DNA of 64,000 nucleotides from Paraspadella gotoi (lineage: Eukaryota > Animalia > Chaetognatha): positions 5,442,077 to 5,506,076 of the forward strand of contig CM119268.1 in NCBI GenBank assembly GCA_051294375.1, given 5' to 3'. Position 1 is the stretch's first letter, and each line of letters opens with the position of its first letter. Of this stretch, positions 53,086-64,000 are shown in pieces. Both the position numbers and the translations under genes were made by a program. Under the pieces are notes generated by a model, which made no database searches, was not told the DNA's origin, and was given only the letters and a program-made list of their open reading frames with translations.

Positions 53086-54536
53086 CAGTTTTCAATCGAG
53101 GGATTTCATGATTCAAGTCGTTTTCAAAATCGAAATCAAACCCGAAAAATCAGCTGAGACCCGAAAAAACCCCGATGATGATTTTTTTTCTTTTCTTTTT
53201 TTTTCTTTTAATTTTTNNNNNNNNNNNNNNNNNNNNNNNNNNNNNNNNNNNNNNNNNNNNNNNNNNNNNNNNNNNNNNNNNNNNNNNNNNNNNNNNNNNN
53301 NNNNNNNNNNNNNNNNNNNNNNNNNNNNNNNNNNNNNNNNNNNNNNNNNNNNNNNNNNNNNNNNNNNNNNNNNNNNNNNNNNNNNNNNNNNNNNNNNNNN
53401 NNNNNNNNNNNNNNNNNNNNNNNNNNNNNNNNNNNNNNNNNNNNNNNNNNNNNNNNNNNNNNNNNNNNNNNNNNNNNNNNNNNNNNNNNNNNNNNNNNNN
53501 NNNNNNNNNNNNNNNNNNNNNNNNNNNNNNNNNNNNNNNNNNNNNNNNNNNNNNNNNNNNNNNNNNNNNNNNNNNNNNNNNNNNNNNNNNNNNNNNNNNN
53601 NNNNNNNNNNNNNNNNNNNNNNNNNNNNNNNNNNNTAGCAGGGTTGTTTTTTATGTTTAATCCTGTTTGCGCAGTAAATAAATCGTTTCAATAAAAAGTT
53701 TTGAAAGAAAGAAAGAGANNNNNNNNNNCAGCGGGAGATTTTGTTTTATTTTCCACAGACGGAAGCTAAACTTTCTATTGACCTTATATGTCTGTCGGCA
53801 GAAGTTTAACCGTTTTAAAATAATTCAAATTGGGTTTTTATTCTTTAACATTATTGTCGACCTTAGCTGTCGTTCCTATAGTTTTTAAGTTATACATAAA
53901 AAATAAGAACAATCGCTCTGTGATTCGTTACAATAAAAATCCGGTTCGTGCTGTAACATAGCAGGGTTGTTTTTTATGTTTAATCCTGTTTGCGCAGTGA
54001 ATAAATCGTTTCAATAAAAAGTTTTGAAAGAAAGAAAGAAAAAAAAAATAACCGGACGATTATGAGATTTTTTTTTCCCTTTTCAATCTCGTCTACGGTG
54101 GTCGCATTTTATGCGAACATTTTGTGCGAACACGACCCTCGCGTCGAGGCGAACGAAATCTCGTCGCACGCACAATTTTGTGCGCCGTTCGTACTGTAAA
54201 ATCCGGTTAAAGCGGAAAAATTTCGTTATATGCGAAACTTTTTGAGGTTTGTGATTTTTTTATGTATATTTTGTGAGTTTTGGCATCTTTTTTTTTTCGT
54301 TTGCACTTTTTGCGTAGTTTTTGCCATCGTTTTCGCCGTAGTTTTTGCCAGTTTTTTTATATTTTCGTCCCTTTTTAGGGTCGAATTCGTCTTTTTGTCT
54401 CGCTTTTCTCTCTTTTCAATGTTGTTTTCTTTTCTTTCGTTTCTGTTTTTTCTGTTTCGTTTTTGTTGTTTTCTTTCTTTTATTGTCCCGAGTTAATTCG
54501 CGGAAATAATCTTGAAGGAAGAGCAGAGGAGAGAGA

Positions 54537-54569
<33 letters not shown>

Positions 54570-55318
54570 GAAAATGAGAGAGAAAACACTAATATAACGG
54601 GTAGAGAACGACCAAGTTCAGAACCCTTGGAAGAAGAGGAGGAAGAAGAGCGAGGAAGAAAGAGAAGAAGAAGAAAAGGAGGAGTGGAGGAGGAGGAGGA
54701 GGAAGAGGAGGAAGAGACTGACGCCCGTTTCGCGATAAGCTTTGACAAAGTAGGAGACTTTAAAGAGAAGAAAAAGGGAGGTGAGGAAGAAGAGGGGGAA
54801 AAGAAAAAAAGAAAAGTAGGAAAGAGAGGTGAAAAGAAAATGGGAAAGGATGGTTGCTGGAAAAGAAAGGAAAAAAGAAAGGAGAGAATGATTATAAACA
54901 AATATATATATATATTTTTTAATTAGTAATTTATTTAAAAAAAAAGAATCTGTTGATTTATGATTGAACGGATAAAATGCTTTTGTCGAATAAAAATAAA
55001 TAAATAAATACAATCAATCAATCAATAAATTAATTAACCAATCAAAAAAATACCCTTTCATCAGGAGAGAAAGATGGGGAAAGAGACCCGAGGAGGAGGA
55101 AGAGGATAAATTAGGAAGAGGAAGAGGAGAAAGGAGGAAGAGGAGGAGAAGCCTTTCTTCCGATTTTTATTAACATTTTTATTCTATTTTTTTTTTTTTT
55201 CTATTTTATTCTTTCTGTCTCCTTCTTCTCTTTCTCGTCTCTTCGGCCCCGAAAAACCTTTTTTTAAATCGAGTTATGGCCAATTTTCTCAATTTGAGGA
55301 AAGAAGCGGATCACCTAA

Positions 55319-55353
<35 letters not shown>

Positions 55354-55359
55354 CTCTCC

Positions 55360-55422
<63 letters not shown>

Positions 55423-56237
55423 GGCCGAGGACTCTCGCTGCTTTTGGCCGTCCGCTTTTCACTTTTTTTTGGCCACGACTCGATGTAAACAAACTTGTTA
55501 GTCGGTCAGTCTTGCTGTTTAATCTTCATTTTTTAAAAAATAGAGATATAATAAAGATATAGTTAATATATATAAAGACATAAAGATATAATAAACAAAA
55601 GTTTAAAAGTTAAAAAAGTTAAAAAGATATCAATTAAAAAAAAATTATGTTTAAAAGTAACTTTAAAATAATTTTGTTCCCCGACTAATAAAGCGCCGAA
55701 AATTTTTTTTCATAGAAGTGACAAATATGTATTTGTAAATGTAAAATATATGCAAAAAGCAAAGGCGAAATATTCTGTACAGAGAAATCCGGGTTTTGTT
55801 TTATATAAGACTCGGAAATACAATGTAAATCATTTAATTGGTTTTGGTCTTACACACAAGGGCGAATTACGATACACTAGTGGAACCTTCACACGGGCGA
55901 GTCCAGAAAAGTCCGTGAGTATGAAATCATGTGATTCAGATTTAAAAAAAAACTTAAAAAAAAACTTTGTTAATCAGTTGAAGTTCACTTTGGTTCGGTG
56001 GGCGGACAAGTTCATTCCGTTCGTTTTGTGAGCTGAATTTTTACTCGTCACCAAAATTCCAGTCCCAACGTCCAATGCTCATTGCCCAGTGTACAGTCAC
56101 TTAACCATATTGATTTATAGTCAAATGATCCGAAAATAAAAGCGGCTTAATTTGTATAACACTGGTTTATTTTAATTATTACTTTATGTATTACTCAGTT
56201 TTTAATACAAAATAAAAATCGTTTTCAAAATTCAAAA

Positions 56238-56490
56238 ACTATTTTCCGAGAGCGACCCATTTAGATTTGAATCAAAATATCTAGCTCTAAAAATTAATCT
56301 CTAATCCCTTCAAACCCTAATACCTAACCTTAATCAATAACCTTTTTTTAAACCTTAAACCTTAATCCTTAATCCCCAATCTTTAACCAAAACTTTAACA
56401 AATTCCCTAACCTACTCCTACCGTTAACCTAATTATTAAACCTAAAAACAAACTTAATTTTGTTATTCCGCGCTTTTGGAAAAGAGTGCC
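56238..56490. mobile_element. MITE-like element with imperfect TIRs and degenerate CCCTAA interior
   Basis: Left end ACTATTTTCCGAGAGCG; right end reverse-complement GGCACTCTTTTCCAAAAGCG. The interior is rich in (C)CCTAA/CCTTAA. Confidence 0.5.
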
Positions 56491-56509
56491 CATTGTCGTA
56501 CCTGGATCT

Positions 56510-56657
56510 ATCGTCTTAAACACATTAGCCCATTAGCACATCGTCTTATACACATTAGCACATTAGCACATCGTCTTATACACATTAGCACATTAGTACA
56601 TCGTATTATACACATTAGCTGATTAGCACATCGTCTTGTACACATTATTACATTAGC
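56510..56657. repeat. 30-bp minisatellite (CACATTAGCACATTAGCACATCGTCTTATA)n, about 5 units
   Basis: Direct reading; mirrored at about 59700-59812. Confidence 0.85.
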
Positions 56658-57354
56658 TCCGCCATACTGGTCCGTTTCACGCCCCGTCCTCTCAGTGGGT
56701 CGTGATCACGAATTCAAGTATCTTTGTTCTAAGAAATGATCAAGTTTTTCCCCCCTTATTTGATCAACATTCAACGTTGAGATATTACCATTTGTGACAT
56801 CAACGTTGCGTCTTTTGCGTCATCACTGTCTCATTTCTGAGAACGAAAAGCTAAAACAATAAAATTCCCCCCAAAACCGTTCATGCGTTCGTTTTTGCGA
56901 AGGAATGTTGAACTTGAGTTTAGGAAAAAAAAAAATTAATCATCGACATTTTTTTTTTTCGGAGAATGAATAGATATAATTGGATGAGCGGCGTTGAAAG
57001 AACGCGGCCTTAGTATAATTCTAGAACACGCGCGTTAAACGAAAAAAAAATCTTTTTTTTTTTGAGAAAAGATTTAAATGTTTTTTAATGTTTTTTAATG
57101 TTTCTTAATTGATGTTTGACGTTGAAAAGTTTTCTCTAGCGACTTCGAGGGGTTTTGTGTCGAACGTCAAGTCGGGACTCGTTTAGTTATTTGGATTCAG
57201 GGATTTTTTTAAGTTTTACAGCTTTTAAGTTTACAGTGTTTTAGTTTTTAAGTTCTTATTTAAGTTTTTAATATTTTATTATTTTTTTTGCTTTCAAGAA
57301 AATAAGAAACAAAAAGCAAGGTCATAAGAGTGGTCGTAAACTACGACTATGACT

Positions 57355-57580
57355 AAGTTTTTAAGTTTTTTAGTTTTTAAGTTTTTAAGTTTTTAAGTTT
57401 TTAAGTTTTTAAGTTTTTAAGTTTTTAAGTTTTTAAGTTTTTAAGTAAGTTTTTAAGTTTTTAAGTAAGTTTTTAATTTTTTACGTTTTTAAGTTTTTTA
57501 GTTTTAAAATTTTTAAGTTTTTAAGTTTTTTAGTATTTTTATTTTTAGTTTTTTATTTGTTTAGTTTTTTTAGTTTTTTA
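57355..57580. repeat. (TTTTTAAG)n octamer tract
   Basis: Direct reading; mirrored at about 58775-58990. Confidence 0.85.
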
Positions 57581-58025
57581 AATTATTGACGGACCGACCG
57601 ACTGCTGTAGTACGTTTGTCGAAATATATGAAAAAATGACAGATTATTCCGAAAAGGTGACCTGAATTACATAATACATATCCCTTCGTGTTACTAAATA
57701 CAAATTAGATTGAAATATCGGTTCATAAATCTAATCCGAATTTAACCAACGACTATGACAACAACACGTTTTATCCAATGAAAATATGATAATAAAATTT
57801 TGCAAAAGTCATTTATTTACTAAACACTCAAAACACATCACCTTTTCTTTGTGTAAAAATATTGTAAATTTGAATAATATCATCGTACTTGGTTACAATA
57901 GTTATCACTGATGTCATAATCCTCATAAGTGTCATCATCATTAAAAAATAAGTTTTGATCTCTCTCTCNNNNNNNNNNNNNNNNNNNNNNNNNTCTCTCT
58001 TCTCTCTCTTCTGCTCTCTCTCTCT

Positions 58026-58063
<38 letters not shown>

Positions 58064-58324
58064 TTCACTCTCCCATCCTCCTCTCCCATATCTTCGCGAC
58101 TCCTCCGAGTCGTAACGTTGAAACCTTATTTTAAGAAAATTTCGGATTTTTTTTTAAACTTTTTTCGAGTAATAAACAAATGAATGACACGAAATTTTCG
58201 GATATCTATACTTTCAATTTGTTTTATCGAAAAAAATGGAAGATTTTCATTATAAAATTCAATTTGACTGGGTCGATTAATTTAGTTGGACGGTGGATTG
58301 GGGAGAGAGAGAGAGAGAGAGAAG

Positions 58325-58387
<63 letters not shown>

Positions 58388-60822
58388 TCAAAAACTTATT
58401 TTTAATGATGATGACACTTATGAGGATTTGCATCAGTGATATAACATTGTAACCAAGTACGATGAATATTATTCAAATTTAACAATTATTTTATACACAA
58501 AGAAAAGGTGAATGTGTTTGAGTTGTTTAGTAAATAAATGACTTTTGCCAAAATTTTATTATCATATTTTCATTGATAAAAACGTGTTTGTTGCATAGTC
58601 GTTGGTTAAATTCGGGATTAGATTTAATGAACCGATATTTCAATCTAATTTTGTATTTAGTAACACGAAGGGATATGTATTGTTAATTTCAGGTCACCTT
58701 TTCGCGAATTAATCTGTCAATTTTTTCAAATATATTTCTGACAAACGTACTACAGCACGCGGTCGTCAATTAATTAAAAACTAAAAAAACTAAACAAATA
58801 AAAACTAAAAATTAAAAATACTAAAAACTTAAAAAACCTTCAAAATTTAAAACTAAAAACTTAAAAACGTAAAAAATTAAAAACTTACTTAAAACTTAAA
58901 AACACTTAACTTAAAAACTATAAAAACTTAACTTAAAAACTTAAAAACTTAAACTAAAAACTTAAAAAAACTTAAAACTTAAAAAGTTAACTTAGTCATA
59001 GTCGTGTTTACGACCACTCTTAATGACCATTGCTTTTTGTTTCTTATTTTCTTGAAAGCAAAAAAAATAATAAAAATTAAAAAACTAAATAAGACTTAAA
59101 AACTAAAACACGTAAATGTGTAATGTAAAACTTAAAAAATCCCTGAATCCAAATAACTAAAACGAGTTCCCGACTGACGTTTCGACACAAAACCCCTCTG
59201 AAGTCGCTAGAGAAAACTTTTCAAGCGTCAAACATCAATTAAGAACATTAAAAAACATTAAAAAACATTTAATCTTTCTCAAAAAAAAAAGATTTTTTTT
59301 TTCGTTTAACGCGCGTGTTCTAGAATTATACTAAGGCGCGTTCTTTCCAACGCCGCTCAATCCAATTATATCTATTCATTCTCCGAAAATAAATTCGATG
59401 ATTAATTTTTTTTTTTCCTAAACTCTAAGTTCAAACAATTCCTTCGCAAAAACGAACGCATGAACGTTTTGGGGGGAATTTTTATTGTTTTAAAGCTTTT
59501 CGTTCTCAGAAATGAGACAGTGATGACCGCAAAAGACGCAACGTTGACTGTCACAAATGGTAATATCTCAAACGTTGAATGTTGGATCAAAAATTAAGGG
59601 GGGAAAAACTTGATCATTTCTTAGAAACAAAGTACTATGAAATTTTGATCACGACCCACTGATGAGGACGGGGCGTAAAACGACCAGTATGGGCGGAAGC
59701 TAATGTAATAATGTGGTACAAGACGATGTCGCTATCAGCTACATGTGTATAATACGATGTTACTAATGTGCTAATGTGTATAAGACGATGTGCTAATGTG
59801 GCTACATGTGTATAGAGAGCTATGGGATTGTTAACGATAGTCCTCAACATCTAACGCGGATAACAATAATTTTTTTGGTTATAAAGTTAACGTAGGAGAT
59901 TGTATTTTGTAAGAGGTTAGTTAGTTAAAAGGTATTATAGTGTGAGGTTAGAGTAATTTACGAATTTGTCTCTAAAATGGTCCCTCGAATATTTTTGAAT
60001 TGAAGATTTATTTTTAAAAACTGAGTAATACATAAAGTAATAATAAAATAAACCAGTGGTTTACAAATTAAGCCGCTTTTATTTTCGGAAATCATTTGAC
60101 TATAAATCAATATGGTTAAGTGACTGTACACTGGGCAAATGAGCACTTGGACGTTGGGACTGGAATTTTGTGACGAGTAAAAAATTCAGCGTCACCAAAA
60201 CGAACGGAATGAAACTTGTCCCCAACCGAACCAAATTGGAACTTCAACTGACTTAACCAAAGTTTTTTTTTAAGTTTTTTTTTTAAATCTGAATCAACAA
60301 TGATTTCATAGCTCAGCGGACTTTTCTGGACTCGCCCGTGTGAAGGTTGCCACTAGTGTATCGTATTCGCCCTTGTGTGTAAGACCAAAACCAATTAAAT
60401 GATTAACATTGTATTTCCGAGTCTTATATAAAACAACAAACCCGGACTTTCCTCTGTACAGGAATAATTTCGCCTTTGCTTTTTGCATATATTTTTACAT
60501 TTAGCAAATATCAATTATTTGTCACATTCTATGAAAAAAAATTTCGGGCGTTTATTGTCGGGGAAAAAATTTATTTAAAGTTACTATTAAAACATAAATT
60601 TTTTTTTTAAATGATATCTTTTTTAACTTTTTACTTTTTAAACTTTTGTTTATTATTAATCTTTATGGTTCTTTATATATATTAAACTATATCTTTATTA
60701 TCTCTATTTTTTAAAAAAATGAAGATTAAATTTCAGCAAGACTGACCGATAACAAGTTTTTACATCGAGTGTGGCAAAAAAAGTGAGAAAGCGGACGGCC
60801 AAAAGCAGCGAGAGTCCTCGGC

Positions 60823-60864
<42 letters not shown>

Positions 60865-61662
60865 GAGAGAGAGAGAGAGAGAGAGGGAGAGGAGAAGAGA
60901 GAAGAGAGAGAGAGAGAGTAGTTAGGTGATCCGCTTCTTTCCTCAAATGAGAAAATTGGCCATAACTCGATTATATAAAAGGTTTTTTCGGGGCCGAGAG
61001 ACGAGAAAGAGAAGAGGAGACAGAAAGAATAAAATATGAAAAAAAAAATAAATTAGAATAATGTTAATTAAAATCGGAGAAAGGCTTCTCCTCCTCTGTG
61101 CCTCTCTCTCTCTTCCTCTTCCTAATTTATCTCTTCCTCCTCCTCGGGTTTCTTTGCCCATCTTTCTCTCCTGATGAAAGGGTATTTTTTTGATTGGTAT
61201 TAATTTATTGATTGATTGATTGTATTATTATTTAGTTTTTATTCGACAAAAGCTTTTTTTCATCCGCTTCATCAATAAATCAACAGATTTCTTTTTTTTT
61301 TAAATAAATTACTAATTAAAAATAATTATTATATATTTTGTTTTATATTTTCTTCTTTCCTTTCTTTCCAGCACACCATCCTTTCCCATTTCTTTTCAGC
61401 CTCTCTTTTCCCTACTTTTCTTTTTTTCTTTTCCCCCTCTTCTTCCTCACCTCCCTTTTTCTTCTCTTTAAAGTCTCCCTACTTTTAGCTTATCGCGAAA
61501 CCGGGGTCAGTCTCTTCTCCTCTTGCCTGCCTTCTCTGCCTCCTCCTCCTCCTCCTCCTTTTCTTCTTCTTCTCTTTCTCCGTCCTCTTCTTCCTCCTCT
61601 TCTTCCAAGGGTTCTGAACTTGGTCGTTCTCTACCCGTTATATTAGTGTTTCTCTCTCTCAT

Positions 61663-61697
<35 letters not shown>

Positions 61698-62585
61698 TCT
61701 CTCTCTTTTTTTCTTTTTTTCCGAAAGTAAAAACAAATGAAATACGGAACACGAAAAATTTGAATATTTAATTAAAACTCAAGTTTAAAAAAAAATCGGA
61801 AAGTTTTGCTTGAAATCCAATTACTGNNNNNNNNNNNNNNNNNNNNNNNNNNNNNNNNNNNNNNNNNNNNNNNNNNNNNNNNNNNNNNNNNNNNNNNNNN
61901 NNNNNNNNNNNNNNNNNNNNNNNNNNNNNNNNNNNNNNNNNNNNNNNNNNNNNNNNNNNNNNNNNNNNNNNNNNNNNNNNNNNNNNNNNNNNNNNNNNNN
62001 NNNNNNNNNNNNNNNNNNNNTATAGTTCATAGATTAGAAAGGTTAAATCGAATAAGAATCGACGTCTAAAACCATAAAAGATAAAAAGATAATTTCAATT
62101 TTGAAATGAAAAGGGGTTGAGATTTAGGTAACTAAATAGATTTCAGTTTGTGACATAAAAAGTCGTCCCATTGACTTGGACACCTATTTTTTGGGAAATT
62201 GCTAATAAACTTGATAGAAACAAGTAGTAGTAGTAATACAAGATTACAAAGGAGGAAGAGAGAGAAAGAGAGAGGAAGAGAGGAAGAGAGAGAACAGAAC
62301 AGAAAAAAAAGAAGAAAAAAAGAGAGAGAAGAGAAATTGAGGAAAAAGAAGAAAAAAAGGAGAGAAAAGGAAAAGATAGAGAAGAAAAAGAGAAAGAAAG
62401 AAAAGGGAAGAAAAGATACAATCATCTCTCCCGTCCCCAACAGGGACCCTGATATTAATAGCTTCGTGCCTGGACGGAAATGCTCNNNNNNNNNNNNNNN
62501 NNNNNNNNNNNNNNNNNNNNNNNNNNNNNNNNNNNNNNNNNNNNNNNNNNNNNNNNNNNNNNNNNNNNNNNNNNNNNNNNNNNNN

Positions 62586-62618
<33 letters not shown>

Positions 62619-63203
62619 TTTTTTTTCCTAGACCATTCTTATCCACATGTTCAAATTAACTGACAAATGGATTTATAGAAAATCATGATTACTTCTTTCC
62701 TTTTTTCTTCTTCTCTCTCTCTTTTTCTTTCCTTCTCTTTCTTATTCTCTTTCTTTTTTAATTTTTTCTCATTTTTTTTATTTCTACTTTTCTATTTAAT
62801 TTGTTTCTGTCTTCCTTTTTTTTGCCTTCATTTTACTTTTTTCTATCCTTTTCCATACGAAGTAAAACAAAATAAACTATTTTTAAATTCTCGTCCGGAT
62901 TCCCTGTTTTTCATTCATTCCTTCTAATTCTTCCTCTTCCTCCTCCTCCTCCTCCTCCCCCTCCTCCTCCTCCTCATTCACCTTTTCTTCTCAACGTTTA
63001 TCGATTGATCTATTGTTCCGCAAGCGAAGATGACATTTGACGGAAAAAGAAAATCACGTTAAAAACAAAAGACGAGCGCTCTCGACGAATTCTCTCTAAG
63101 TCTAATTCTCTCTGACGATAAAACAATCAATCAAACAATGAGTAAGTTAATGTATCAATTATTTAAGCAAACATTAATCAATCATTCAATAAATCAATCA
63201 ATA

Positions 63204-63238
<35 letters not shown>

Positions 63239-63432
63239 CAATCAATAAATCAATCAAAAAACATTAACGTAACATAATATAACATAACATAATACATTCA
63301 TTAAAGTCGTTAGTTTAAGTATGGCGCTCATGAAAAGTAAAAAAAAAAGATGAAAGTGAAAACTCACGATTCTATTTTTAGATTCACACAGGATGAGAAC
63401 AACGACGATCGGTGGAAATGATTCAAGAAAAG

Positions 63433-63463
<31 letters not shown>

Positions 63464-63734
63464 CGACAACTACAACAACAAGACGAAAACGATGACGAAA
63501 ATGATAACTAAATCTTAGAACATTTACTACGATGTCGATAACAACAACAACAACAACAACAACAACATTAAACTGCTACGACGAAGGCGTCCCGACAGAA
63601 CAACAACTGGACGATAAAAATAAAAAAAGCCTCTCACTCAAAATGGCCGACCTCTCTATTTCTCTCTCTCTGTCTCTGTCTGTCTCTCTCTCTTTCTCTC
63701 TCTCTCTCTCCCTGTCTTTCTTTTTTCTTTTTCT

Positions 63735-63821
<87 letters not shown>

Positions 63822-64000
63822 CATTTTCTTTCTTTCTTTCTTTTGTTTCTCTCTCTATCTCTATCTATCTCTCTCTCTCTCTCTGTCTTTCTTTTTTTTA
63901 TTTTTTTTTTATTTCTTCCTTTTTTTCTTTAATTCTCTAATTTTTTTCTTTCTTTTTTAATCTCTTTCTTTCTTACTTTCTTTCTTTTTTTCTGTCTTTC

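Larger units (their letters stand above)
54527..61707. repeat. About 3.4-kb inverted duplication (54527-57968 / ~58300-61707)
   Basis: The right arm is the reverse complement of the left with frequent 1-nt indels. A 25-N gap lies at 57969-57993. Confidence 0.9.

Noticed and set aside
53636-53718. Short direct duplicate of 53959-54038
   Set aside because: It is sandwiched between N gaps and is an assembly remnant.

Overview
Eukaryotic, most likely invertebrate metazoan, draft-assembly DNA. It is AT-rich and saturated with (AG)n, (GAC)n, (AAAG)n and (AGAT)n microsatellites, and nearly all ORF-track entries are low-complexity artefacts. Manual splice-site reading reveals a minus-strand, multi-exon gene with no recognisable domain. 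It has four phase-consistent exons at 47221-47159, 39880-39804, 39182-39018 and 38175-37876, further likely exons at 26074-25943 and 10723-10521, and several candidate micro-exons. Its product is Ala/His/Gln/Pro-rich. Also present: a decayed LINE 3' end that appears to be a presence/absence polymorphism; a structured SINE-like family with a twister-ribozyme-like core; a type-II-topology hammerhead-like motif on the strand opposite a Pol III B-box; a TIR-bearing MITE family with telomere-like interiors; a perfect 22-bp intronic hairpin; and several minisatellites. The large duplications (13.2-23.7 kb triplication, 41.2-44.7 kb, 54.5-61.7 kb inverted) all abut 25-N gaps and are probably gap-filling or haplotype artefacts. 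The RNA-structure calls are by-eye candidates, not confirmed.
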